Source of the DNA: Mobula hypostoma
Lineage: Eukaryota
DNA length: 64,000 nucleotides
Reading direction: 5' to 3'
Assembly (NCBI RefSeq): GCF_963921235.1
Contig: NC_086108.1
Location: 15,686,001-15,750,000, forward strand
The notes beneath the pieces were generated by a model that was not told the DNA's origin, did no database searches, and saw nothing but the letters and a program-made list of their open reading frames with translations. The translations under genes were made by a program, and so were the position numbers. Positions 49,316 to 61,899 of the stretch are shown in pieces; position 1 is the first letter of the stretch; every line of letters begins with the position of its first letter.

Positions 49316-52300
49316 GTACAGGAACTATCTCTCCATCTCCATGTCCCAAGATCCTTATGAACTAGTGGATTTGAATCCTCCAGCTCCCCACTTAACATCA
49401 CCATGTTCCCATTGCAGTGTGAGGCTGTTTCAGACAATAACTGAATGACCTGGTGCCAATGCTGACCTCCAGGTTCCTTGGCATGGCTCCCTGCCTTTCC
49501 AATAAGACCAATCTCTGGGCTTCCCATCAGCCATTGCCTTCCATTTGTACCTCTAGTAATCTGTCAGTTATTGGAGTTGTTTTATTGCTCTCTGGATGGT
49601 GAGTTTAATAAATTTGGTGTATCAATTAGATGCTTTATTACATCGTATAATAAATTAAACTATCCAACTTTTGATTGATTGTCCTTTATCCACTTCTAAA
49701 TAATCATCATTTTGATAAGAACGCCCCTGTGTCTGGCAGGAAACGGACATCATTGGCCAGTCCACTTTTCAACTGGTCATTCTTAAGTGACCATATATAT
49801 CATGTGGTGTGATTTCTTTGGGAAACTCTTCATGAAGCACTGCCAGACTTGCTGTGCTTCCCACTATGTCCACATCCTTCTGTGCATCTGAAGTATAAGG
49901 GTATCCACACAGATTCAGTGGCATCCATTTTTGTATGTAATACACTAAAAAAACTGTTAATCAGGAATCTGGAAGGAAGAGACATTGTTATGAACTACTG
50001 CCTATTACATACAAATACTCAGTCGCTGCATTGTTTTTGAAGATAATGTACACTGTAAACACACAATAGCCACAGTGCCCCTCTGCTGGATGTGAAAGAC
50101 TGCTTTGTCCCAGAGCACATCAAACTGTTCGAGTTGAGTACATTGAAATGAACACTGAGAATGTTGCAGATTATTTTTATACATAGAAGATTTTTAAAAA
50201 ATTGTTGCATAACATCTGCTAGTATATTTGTGGCTGCAATATTTCAGTTTCACATGATAGAGGAAGAGACACTTCAGCTAATGATGTCTGAGATGGCTTA
50301 CAGATCATTTCCATCAGTCCCATTCTGCTATTTATTTTTCCAGTAACCTGTTCTCCATCTGTTTGCCCTGGAGTACAGGAGACTGAATCTCTTCATAAAG
50401 GTTTATAAAATTTATGCAAGGGGTAAATAGGGAAAGGAGAATCTAGAACTAAAGGGCATAGGTTTAAGGTAAGAGGGAAAAGATTTAAATAGGACCTGAG
50501 GGGTAAGTTTTTCACACAGAGGAAAGTAGGTGTATGAAATGAGATGGCAGAGAAAGATAGAAATGGATACAATTACAGTACTTAAAAGACATTTGAACAG
50601 GCACATGGATAGGCAATGTTTAGAGGTATATGGGCCAAATGTTGACAAATGAGATTAGTGTTGATTGTCATAGATGAGTTGGTTCCAATGCTCCGTTTCT
50701 GTGTTGTATAACTCTATGAATCTATATTTACAAATAAAGGGTCAGCCATTCTATGCATAATAGATGAGGCAAAATTTTTCCTCAGGGTCATTATTATTTG
50801 AGACTTTATTCAGGAAAGGCCAGTAGAAGCAGAGATTTTGAATATTTTCAAGCTGCAGGTGGTCACAATCTTGATGGGCTAGAGGGTGAAATGTTAATGA
50901 AATAAACAGGAATGCAGAGCTGAAGCTACAGTCAGCTCAGCCCAAATCTTATTGAATGGTGGAGCAGGCTTGGGGAACTGTAGCCTTCTCCTACTCATAA
51001 TTGACATATTCGTAAGCAAGTGATGCGAGGAGGTATTTCTGTGAACAGCATCACCTTCAGGTGTAGAAAGACTGAAATATTTGCAGGCAGCTTCTGCCAG
51101 AAGTACAAAATGAATAAGCTTTTTCAGTTTCCTCCTGAGATTTCCGCTGTCACAGAAACCAATGAACTCTTTTACCTTCACTCCATGTGATATCAAGTAA
51201 CATTTAACATCACTGGATACAGCAAAGTCTGTGGGTGCGTAAACATCTTAGCTGTAGTGCTTCTGCTCCAGGCTCAGCCACCAAGGTGCCCAGATGGATC
51301 TTATCCACAAAAAGCAGGACAAAACCATCTAACTAATTAGTACCCTACATGGAACGTCACTTGCTCCATAATTGAAATGTTCCCACAACCAATGGACTCA
51401 CTTTGAAGGACTCTTCATTTCATGTTCTCAATATTTATTGTTTATTTATTTGTTATTCTGATTCAGATTATTATTATTTCCTCCTTTTTGTATCTGCACA
51501 GTTTGTTGTCTTTTGCACAGTAGTTGAACGCTCAAGTTGGTGCAGTCTTTCATTGATTCTGTTATGTTTATTATTCTGTTATGGATTTATTGAGTATGTC
51601 TGCAAGGAAATGAATCTCAGGGTTGTATATGGTGACATATATGTACCTTGATAATAAATTTAGTGTGAACTTTGGTGCAGATTATTATTGATGGATGTTG
51701 CCTTCTTGAGGTAGCGTTTCATGTAGATCCTATTAATGGTGGAGAGAGATGTCCCTTTGATGTATTAGGCTGAGTCCACTCTTCTCTGTAGCATCTTATA
51801 TTCTTGTGCATTCAAATTGCCCTACCAGACCATGATGTAATCAGTTGGGATACTTTCAACAGTACATCTTTAGAACTTTTCTTCACTTCTCTTCTGAATT
51901 CAGTCATGAATATTATTTATTTCCTTTTATTGTTTGCATGATTTGTTTTTTTTTCCTGCACATTAGGTGTTTGACAATCTTTTTTAAATGGGTTCTATTA
52001 GGTTTCTTTGTTTTGTGGGTGCTTGTAAGGAGGTGAATCTCAAGATTGTATATAGTATACATCTTTGATAATAGAAGTGCTTTGAACGTTGAACTTTTTA
52101 GAGTATTTATTGACAAGCGGAACCTCCTTAATTTTCTAAGAAAGTAAAGAGGCCTATGTGCCTTCCTTGTGATTGCATCTATGTGCTGCACCCAGGACAA
52201 GTCCTCAAATATGTCAATAGCCAGCAATTTAAAGCTGTTGACCCTCTCCACTGGGTTAATGGCAAGTACATGCCAGACAATGAGCATCTCCAACAACAGT

Positions 52301-53113
52301 GTCCAACCATGTATCCTTAACATTTAATGGTATTATCATCTCCTAGTACTACACCAACAATATCCTTGGAGTCTCGTTGACCAAAACTCAACTGGACCCA
52401 CAATGTTAATACTATGGCTGGAAGTGCAGGTCTGAGACTCATTATCCTGTGGTCAGTGGTTCGCCTCCTGACAGATTATTGCCATTACACTGTCATCAAG
52501 GCATAACTCAGGAGAGTGATGGCAAATTTGCCACTTGCTTGGGTGAATGTAACTCCATCGCCACCAACTGGATGAAGAACTTATTTAATGAGCACCACCA
52601 ACACCACCTAAATTATTTATCTGTCTTGCTGGATGTGGTCATTGCCTCGGACTCTTGTGGTGTGGTTGTTGCTGGCCACTTATCAATAGTGTTTGTATAT
52701 TGTCTGAGTTTTGCTGCATACAAACACAGGCTGTCTCATTTGCTAAGCAGTTGTAAGTGGAATTGCACATTGTATATCATCACTTCTGAACTCCCGATAG
52801 AAGAAAGACCAATGATAAAGGAAATAGTTAAGCATAGAACATTGACATGAAGAATTCCAGCAGTGATGAAATGTAGTCAAGATTTATCTCTTGACAGTTT
52901 TTGTTTTGCAATTCACCTTCATTTTATGCTTCCGACCTCCTTTCGCCAATGGGAGCAGTTTCGATTTATCTTTTCCCTTTGTACCCATAATGTCATTAAG
53001 TATCTCTTATTAGATCCCTTTGCATCCTCTCTGTTCCAGGGAGAACAACCCCAGCTTCTCCAGCCCATTACATAACACAAGACCAGAATCAGGTTTATCA
53101 CTGGCTTATATGT

Positions 53114-53428
53114 GTGGGCACGTGGCCAAGTGGTTAAGGCATTGGACTAGCGACCTGAAGGTTGTGAGTTCGAGCCAAGGCAACATGTGTTGTGTCCTTG
53201 AGCAAGGCACTTAATCACATATTACTCTGCGATGACACTGGTGCCAAGCTGTATGGGTCCTAATGCCCTTTCCTTGGACAACATTGGTGTCGTGGAGAGT
53301 GGAGACTTGCAGCACGGGCAACTTCTGGTCTTCCATACAACCTTGCCTAGCCTGCGCCCCGGAGAGTCAAGACTTTCCAGGTGCAGATCCATGGTCTCGC
53401 AAGACTAACGGATGCCTTTAAATTTTAA
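53114..53428 (+). mobile_element. tRNA-derived SINE with a V-domain-like core and an RTE-like 3' tail, inserted in a Rex1 3' end
   Basis: It has an A box TGGCCAAGTGG (53123-53133), a B box GTTCGAGCC (53168-53176) and the core GTGTCCTTGAGCAAGGCACTTAA. The TSD ATATGT lies at 53108-53113 / 53429-53434. Confidence 0.88.
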
Positions 53429-54649
53429 ATATGTCAGGAATATGTTGTTTCGTGGCAGCAGTGCAGTGTAGAGACATAAAGTTGGCATACATTACAAAAT
53501 ATATAAATAGTGCAAAAAAGAAACACAGCAGAGTTCACGGACCATTCTGAAATCTGGTGGCAGGGGTGAAGAAGCTGTTCCTAAATCATTGATTGTGGGT
53601 CTTCATGCTCCTGCACATTCTCCCAGTGGGTAGTGACGATAAGCAGGCATGTTCTAGATGGTGAAGGTCCTTAATGATGGATACTGCCTTCCTGAGACAT
53701 CACATTTTCAAGTTGTCTTCGATGGTGGAAAAGGTTATGCCCGAGATGAAACTGGCTACTTCTACCTCTAGTGATCCTGTGCAGTGCAGCCTCCATACTA
53801 GGTTGTGATGCTACCGGTCCGAATGTTCTCCTGCAAGAAGATGAATCTCAAAGTTGCATATGATATAAACACTTTGATAATAAATTTGAACTTTTGAAGC
53901 AGGTGGAAATCTTAGACCACAGCAGTGAGAGGTTGAAGATGTCCTTGAACACTCCAGTTGGTTGGCACAGGTTTTCAGTACCCAGCCTCTTGAATGATGT
54001 TCTGATGTCAGCCTCGAAGACCAAGATCACGGGTCACTGTATCCTATGGGGATTTACACAGGCTTAATGTTATTCTTCCTTTAAAAAGTATGCATAAAAA
54101 TTGTTGAGCTTACTGGGAGTGAAGAAGCACTGTTATTTATAGTGTAAGGTTTTGCCTTGTAGGAGGTTATGGAACCCTACCATAGCCATGTGCATCTGGT
54201 TGTGTCACTAACTTCACATAGAAATGCATTTTTGCTGTCATGGTGGCCTTCTGTAGGTCATATCTGGACTTCTTGTAGAGTTTTGGAACACTGGTCTTGA
54301 ACGTTACAGATCTTGCCCTCAGCAGACTGGTTCATCCAGAACTTCTGTTTTTGAGAATGCTCAGTATGTTTTTGAAGGCACATGCTCATCCACACAGGTC
54401 TAGATAAAGCCAGTGACAACTGTGGACATTTACTCAAATCCAAAGTTGAATTTCTGGATATGTCCACTAATTAAAAGCAATCCTATAAATGTTCATCTGC
54501 CTCCCTTGACCATACTTACGGGTTCCTCACCACTGGTGCTGCAGTCTTCGGTCTCTGCTTATATGGTGGGAATAAAAGTACAGCCAAGTGATCAGACTTG
54601 CTAAAGGTATCAATGTCAACTTCACTTCCAGTCCATTTGTTACAAGTAC

Positions 54650-55130
54650 ACTGATTGTTGACTTCAGAAAGGGAAAGGAGAGCAAACGTAAGTCTACATT
54701 AGAAGGTCAAGGGTGCAGTCAGCTGCTATAAATTCCTGGCTGCTAACATATCAGATGACCTGTCCTAGACCCAGCACATAGATGCAATCATCAGGAAAGT
54801 GTACCAATGTATTTACTTTCTTTGGAGAGTAAGGTGGTCCAGCATGTCTCTGAACATTCCAACAAACTTCTATAGACGTATTTTTGAAAGTATCCTGACA
54901 GGTAGCATCATGGTCTATTATGGCAATTGAAATGTACAGGAATGTAAGAAGCTGTACAGAGCAATGGACTGAGCTCAGTACATCACAGGCACATTCCTCA
55001 CCACTAATGGTAGTATCTACAAAAGGTGCTGCCTGAAGAAGGTAATATCCATCATTGGTGATCCCCATCTCTTACCGAAAGCCAGATGTCCCACACCGTC
55101 AGGTTCAAGAACAGTTACTTCTCTTCAGAT
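54650..55130 (+). mobile_element. Degenerate Rex1/Babar 3' fragment (resumes after 57583)
   Basis: CTGATTGTTGACTTCAGAAAGGG...TTCAAGAACAGTTACTTC is colinear with 8895-9410. A 3' UTR-like tract lies at 57600-57815. Confidence 0.75.
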
Positions 55131-55215
55131 CAAGAACTGAATGGTTGAAAAGAAGCAACACACATCAAAGTTGCTGGTGAACGCAGCAGGCCAGGCAGCA
55201 TCTCTAGGAAGAGGA

Positions 55216-55256
55216 ACAGTCGACGTTTCAGGCCAAGACCCTTCGTCAGGATTAAC
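55216..55256 (-). ncRNA. Minimal hammerhead ribozyme in the Penelope pseudo-LTR (core intact, stems slightly mutated)
   Basis: The minus strand reads AATC-CTGACGA-AGGGTCTTGGCCT-GAAA-CGTC-GACTGT. Confidence 0.75.
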
Positions 55257-57420
55257 GGAAGGAAGAGTTAGTAAGAGATTTGAAAGTGGGAGGGGGAGAT
55301 CCAAAATGATAGGAGAAGACAGGAGGGGGAGGGATGGAGCCAAGAGCTGGACAGGTGATTGGCAAAAGGGATATGAGAGGATCGGGGAGAAAGACGGGGG
55401 GGGGGGAGGGAACCCAGAGGATGGGCAAGGCGTTTAGCCAGAGGGACAGAGGGAGAAAAAGGAGAGTGAGAGAAAGAATGTGTGTATATAAATAAATAAC
55501 TGATGGGGTACGAGGGGTAGGTGGGGCATTAGCAGAAGTTAGAGAAGTCAATGTTCATGCCATCAGGTTGGAGGCTACCCAGACGGAATATAAGGTGTTG
55601 TTCCTCCAACCTGAGTGTGGCTTCATCTTTACAGTAGAGGAGGCCGTGGATAGACATGTCAGAATGGGAATGGGATGTGGAATTAAAATGTGTGGCCATT
55701 AGGAGGTAAGGGAAGAAGTGTAAGGGCATGTGTAGCACTTGCTCCGCTTACAAGGATAAGTACCGGGAGGGAGATCAGTGGGGAGGGATGGGGGGGACAA
55801 ATGGACAAGGGAGTCGTGTAGGGAGCAATCCCTGTGGAAAGCAGAGGGGGGTGAGGGAAAGATGAGAGTGGTGGGATCCCGTTGGAGGTGGTGGAAGTTA
55901 CGGAGAATAATATGTTGGACCCGGAGGCTGGTGGGGTGGTAGGTGAGGACCAGGGAAACCCTATTCCTAGTGGGGTGGCGGGAGGATGGAGTGAGAGCAG
56001 ATGTGCGTGAAATGGGGGAGATGCGTTTGAGAGCAGAGTTGATGGTGGAGGAAGGGAAGCCCCTTTCTTTAAAAAAGGAGGACATCTCCTTTGTCCTGGA
56101 ATGAAAAACCTCATACTGAGAGCAGATGCGGCGGAGACGGAGGAATTGCGAGAAGGGGATGGCATTTTTGAAAGAGACAGGATGAGAAGAGGAATAGTCC
56201 AGATAGCTGTGAGAGTCAATAGGCTTATAGTAGACAACAGTGGATAAGCTGTCTCCAGAGATAGAGACAGAAAGATCTAGAAAGGAGAGGGAGGTGTCGG
56301 AAATGAACCAGGTAAACTTGAGGGCAGGGTGAAAGTTGGAGGCAAAGTTAATAAAGTCAACGAGCTCAGCATGCGTGCAGGAAGCAGCGCCAATTCAGTC
56401 GTCGATGTAGTGAAGGAAAAGTGGGGGACACATACCAGAATAGGTACGGAACATGGATTGTTCCACAAAGCCAACAAAAAGGCAGGCATAGCTGGGACCC
56501 ATAGCTACACCTTTAGTTTGGAGGAAGTGGGAGGAGCCAAAGGAGAAATTATTAAGAGTAAGGACTAATTCCACTAGACGGAGCAGAGTGGTGGTAGAGG
56601 GGAACTGATTAGGTCTGGAATCCAAAGAGAAGCGGGGATGGAAGTATATAGGGACTGGATATCCATGGTGAAAATAAAGCGGTGGGGGCCAGGGAACTTA
56701 AAATCATCAAAAAGTTTTAAGAGTGTGAGAAGTGTCATGAACATAGGTAGGAAGGGATTGAACAAGGGGGGATAAAACCGTGTCGAGGTATGCAGAAACG
56801 AGTTCGGTGGGACAGGAGCAAGCTGAGACGATAGGTCTGCCAGGAGAGGCAGGTTTGTGGATCTTGGGTAGGAGGTAGAAACGGGAAGTGCGAGATGTGG
56901 GAACTATAAGGTTGGTAGCAGTGGATGGGAGATCCCCAGAGCTGATAAAGTCGGTGATGGTGTGGGAGACAATGGCCTGGTGCTCCTTAGTGGGGTCACG
57001 ATCGAGGGGTAAATAAGAGGAGGTATTCGCGAGTTGTCGCTGTGCCTCGGCAAGCTAGAGGTCAGTACGCCAGACTACAACAGCACCTCCCCTTATCGGC
57101 GGGTTTAATAATATGTTTAGAATTAGTGTGGAGGGATTGGAGAGCAGAACGTTCCGAAGGAGTGAGGTTGGAATGGGAACAAGGTGCGGTGAAGTCGAGA
57201 TGGTTGATGTCCCGTCGGCAGTTAGCAATAAAGAGATCCAGAGCAGGCAGAAGACCAGAGCGGGGTGTCCATGAAGAAGAGGAGGGTTGAAGACGGGAGA
57301 AGGGGTCATCAGTGGGGGTGGAAGAGTCCTTGCCGAAGAAGTAGGCTCGGAGACAGAGACGGTGGAAGAAGAGTTCCGCATCATGGTGAACACGGAACTC
57401 GCTGAGGTGTGGGTGAAGGG

Positions 57421-57546
57421 GCTGGAAATTCAAGCAACACACATCAAAGTTGCTGGTGAACGCAGCAGGCCAGGCTCTTCCTAGAGATGCTGCCTGGCCT
57501 GCTGCGTTCACCAGCAACTTTGATGTGTGTTGCTTGAATTTCCAGC
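57421..57546. repeat. Perfect 55-bp inverted repeat with a 16-nt spacer
   Basis: 57421-57475 is the exact reverse complement of 57492-57546. Confidence 0.95.
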
Positions 57547-57929
57547 ATCTGCAGAATTCCTGTTGTTTGCAGTTGAAAAGAAGTAGCCAGAAGTAGCTAT
57601 TCTTGAACCAACTAACACAACCCTAATCACTACAGTTTAGCACCATTTTGAACACTTTGCAGTAAAAGGGTTTTCATTCATTCTTATAAATGCTGTGGTT
57701 CATTTATGATTTTTTGTGAATGCTGCTTATATGATATGCGCATGTGATGCTGCTGCAAGTAAGTTTTTCATCACAGCTGTACTTCTACATGTGTCGATAA
57801 ACTCAACTTTGACATTTTCCTATAACCTTCAATTTTCCTGTGTTTACCTGTCTCAGCCTTCAGTGCACTTGATAGCTCAGCATCCTCAGGTCTCTGGATT
57901 TGTTGATACAAAAGATTCACAACTTTCTG

Positions 57930-58700
57930 AGAGAAAAGGTACAGGTGAGCAAGGACGGGATGATAGGGAGGACATAATAGCAGTGTCTAGAGATTACATT
58001 CTTCCGGGATCATCCAGTGAGGCCATGCTGGTAGAACTTAGAAACAAGAAGGAGGGAGGTCGCTCTAATGGGGCAGTAGGGTTGTATTATACACCCCCCC
58101 CCCGCATAATCAGTGTGAACTTGAGGAGCAGGTGTGTAGAAAATTTGTTCGTTCTTGTAAAAATAACAGGTTTGTATTAACGTAGATTTTAATAGCCCCA
58201 ATATTGATTGGACTACCCAGAGTGTTAAGGGCCTGAACGGGGTAGACTTTGTGAAATATCTCTAGGAAAGTTTCCTGAGTCAATATATAGAAGCCTCTTT
58301 TTGGGAAGGTGCAATACTGTACATCCTCTTAGGGAATGAGACAGGGTGAGTGACTAAAGTGGCAGTCAGGGAGTAATTTAGCTCTAGTAATAATGATTCT
58401 ATTATTTTTAAGGAAGAGATGGAAAAGGATAGGACAGGTACACAGGTTAAGGTCCTAAACTGAAGCAGATGTAATTTTGGAGAACTAGAAAGGATCTAGC
58501 AGAGGTCGATTGGATGAGCCTGTTGAAAGGAAAGGAGTGAATGGCAAGTGGGAGTCTTAAAAGTAAGATAAGCAAGTGTCCGTGTTCAATTGAAGGTTAA
58601 ACTTGGCTGACAAGAGATATTGAGATTCCCCTCAAGAAAAAGAAGGAGGCATACACTGGTTTTAGAAGCTTAGGATTGAGCAAATCACTTGTTGACTTTA
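57930..58700 (+). mobile_element. Degenerate CR1 ORF2 endonuclease-region fragment
   Basis: SSSEAMLVELRNKK...GLYYTPP and GATTTTAAT...ATTGATTGG (DFN.P.IDW-like) remnants. Confidence 0.7.
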
Positions 58701-58719
58701 AAAGGATGGTAGGTAGGCT

Positions 58720-60510
58720 GATGCCGGTGAACAATGGGTAGTTTTAACCACTATAGAGCCTTGTCCACTGTAGTTTCTGTACCATGCAGCAATGCAGCAT
58801 GTTAGTATGCTCTCTCCTACACATCTGTAGAAGGTCCTGAGTATTGTGAGCATAGTCCAGCTTTCTTCAGACTCCTCAGAAAGTAGAGGCATAGGTGAGG
58901 TTTTTTTTGATTGTGTAGTATATGTTCTGGAACCATGAGAGGCTGTGTGAGATGTGCACTCGCAGGAGTTGGAGGCTTCGCAGTTTTTACTGCTGTGCCG
59001 CTGATGTTAAAGAGGGTTGTAAGTGGTGTGAGTACACCTGAAGTTGATAACCATCTCCTTTGTCATGTTGACATTGAAGAAGAGGTTATTTATGTGGCAT
59101 TAGGCCTTCCAACTTCTCTCTGTAGGCCATCTTGTCACTTGTCATTGTTGGTGATGAACCCCCACCACTATTGTGACATCCACAAATATGACAATGTAAT
59201 TACTCAGTATTTGGCTGTGCAGCCATGTATAAGCAGAGTGTGTAACAGTGGGTTCAGTACACAGCTGTGTTGAGAATCATGGGGAGGAAAGAATGGTTCT
59301 GCATCCTGACTGTCTGAGATCTATTGGCTAGGAAGTCCAATACCTAGTTGCACAGTGGGGTACTTAGACTGAGGAGTAGAAATTTGTTCACTGAGGTCTG
59401 TGGGAAAATAAATGAAATCCAGAAAGAGCATTCTGACATGTGTCCATGTTTTCTAGGTGTGCATGCTCTGTCAGTAAACATATTGGTGAGTGTCCAGCGT
59501 TGCAGGAAAGGAGTTTTTTATGTGTGCTATTATCAGCCATTCAAAGCACTTCATGGTAATTGCTGTTAGTGCCACTGGGTGGTAGTTGTTTAGCTCGAAA
59601 GGTATAGAGTTCTTTGGTATATGGATGATGGAGGCCGATTTGAAGCATGTGGGGACAGCAATCTGGATGAGTGAAGTGCTGTAGATATCCGTTGAAAGCT
59701 GGTGTGTACACTCCCTGAGTACTCCACCTGAGATGTTGTCTGGCCCGGCAGCTTCACAGGGATTGACTCTCTGCAGAGTCCTTCTCACGTCCACTACTGT
59801 ATAAACAGTGGCTACTCACCTGAAAGGGGAGATTGCTTTCATGGCTATTGTTATGGTGCATGCTTAAAAGAATGCATAAAAGTTGTCTAGAGCATTGGGG
59901 ACAGAGGCGTAGCTAGTACAATCAACGCTGTTTTCTCTTGCATAGTCAATAATGCCCTTGACACTGGGGATCATTATTGGATGGACGTTCCTGAATTTTT
60001 TATGTGTAGGTGGTCTTTGCCCTCTTGATGCCTAACATGAGGTTTCTCTTGGCTGTTCTGGGTGCTTTTCTGTCTCCAGACTTGAAGGCTGTGTCCCAGG
60101 CTTTTAGTAGGGAGCGTACTTCTGCATTCAGCAAGGGCTTCAGGTTGGGCCATGAAATAACTATTCTTGAGGCACTGACATCACCTACACACTTACAGAT
60201 GTAGCCAGTAACAGATACGGCATATTACTCAAGATCTCTGCCTTCTCCATTTGTGGCAGCCTCCTTCAACATCTGCCAGTTAGTCTGTTCAAAAGTCTCC
60301 TGCAATTATGAAGAGACCATCTGGATGTTCGTTTTGTAGAGAGCTGATGATGCTGCAAGTCTCTCCCAGTGCAGCTTCGGCGTTTGCTCAGGTGTATGTA
60401 GACAGTGGTGGTGAACATAACAGTAAATTCCATGAGCAGGTAATGCGAATAATGTGTGAGTAGGTAAGGAGGATAAATCTCCAGAGTGTGCAGCCTGACA
60501 GTCCGCATCC
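58720..60510 (-). mobile_element. Degenerate Rex1/Babar LINE including part of the endonuclease region
   Basis: Remnants include [28 protein letters not shown]...LNNYHPVALT...KCFEWL and YLLMEFTVMFTTTVYI. Confidence 0.82.
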
Positions 60511-60519
60511 TCAGACTGT

Positions 60520-61895
60520 GTAGGAAGCTAGTGAAGAAATCAGAGAGGCCTTTGCCGAGATATTTGTTTCATCATTAGCAACTGGTGAAGTTTCCAAAGG
60601 GTGGAATTTGGCCAATGTTGTTCCATTGTTTAAAAAGGATAGCAAGAACAAGCCAGTGAACAACCACAGGCCAGTCAGCCTGACAGCTGTAGTGAGGTAA
60701 TTACTGGAGAGAATTCTGAGGGAAAGGATCTGCCAATATTTGGATAGAGAGAGTCTGATTAGGAGGAGTCGACAAGGTGGATGAGGGGGAGGGCGGCAGA
60801 TGTTCTTTATTTGGACTATAGCAAGGCTTTTACCAAACTCCCGCATGGTAGGCTGGTCTGGAAAGCTAGGTCCATGGAATCCAGGGAGAGCTAGTTAGGT
60901 GAATTCAAAATTGGCTTAGAGATGGGAAGTAGAGGGTGGTGTTTAAAGGTTGCTTCTCAGAATGGATGTCAGTGACTAGGGTGTGCTGCAGGGGTAGGTG
61001 TTGGAACTCTTGATATTCATTATTTATATAAATAACTTGGATGTAAATGCATACGGCTTAATCAGCAATTTTGCAGATGACGCAAAATTAGGAAGCATTG
61101 TAGTTAGTGAAGAAAGTTATTGCAGATTACAAGAGGATCTTGATCAGTTAGAGAAGTAGGCTGAGGAATAGCAAACAGATTTCCATAGATTTAGTGTGAG
61201 GTTATGCAATTTGGAAAGTCAAGTCAGTGTAGTACCTATACTATGAATGTTAGGGCACTAGAGAGTGTAATGGGACTGAAGGACTTCTGAGTATAAGTAC
61301 ATAGTTTGTTAAAAGTGATGTCACAGGGAGACAGGGTGGTGAAAAGGGTATTTAGCATGTTGGCCTCCATCAGTCAATGCATTCAGTATAGGAGTTGGGA
61401 CATTATGTTGCAGTTGTAAAAGTTGTTGGTGAGACCACACTTATACTACATAGTATAAGTACTGTGTACAGGTTTAGTCGCCCTGCTCAGTTTATACTGG
61501 AAATGATGTAGAAAAGGTTTACTAGAGAGTTGCCAGATCTAGAGGGCCTGAGTTACAGGTTAGATCTGAATGAAGGTTGATGTTATAGAAATGTTTAAAG
61601 TTATGAGAGACATGTATAAAATGGATGGTAGTAGTATTTTCCCCAAGGTAGAAGAGTCCAAAACTAACAGCACATAAATTTAGAATGAGAGGGGAAAGAT
61701 TTCACACAGAAGATGATGAGGATATAACAAGCTGTCAGAAGAATTAGTTGAGGCAAGTACAATAGCATCATTTAAAAAGCACTTGGATAAGTACATGGAA
61801 GGGCGAGGTTTAGAGTGATATGGGTCGAACACAGGAAATTGGAACTGGGTGGGTGATCACCGTGGTTGGGATGGACTTGTTGGTCGCAAGGACTT
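60520..61895 (+). mobile_element. Degenerate CR1 RT/3' fragment
   Basis: GCCAATGTTGTTCCATTGTTTAAAAAGG (ANVVPLFKK), TTTGCAGATGAC (FADD) at ~61070 and a CR1 3' region. Confidence 0.82.
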
Positions 61896-61899
61896 GTAT

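Larger units (their letters stand above)
55156..57571 (-). mobile_element. Penelope-like retroelement (RT + partial GIY-YIG domain, frameshifted), with a 3' pseudo-LTR and an inverted 5' pseudo-LTR
   Basis: Motifs are IIKPADKG, FTMDIQSLYTSIP, LTLNNFSFGSSHFLQTKGVAMG, FLHYIDD, CKRSKCYTC and ATHFNS...LEEQHLIFRLGSLQPDGMN. The TSD GTTGAAAAGAAG lies at 55144-55155 / 57572-57583. Confidence 0.95.

Noticed and set aside
53116..53180. tRNA gene
   Set aside because: A and B boxes are present, but the acceptor stem is incomplete and the sequence continues into a SINE body bounded by a TSD.
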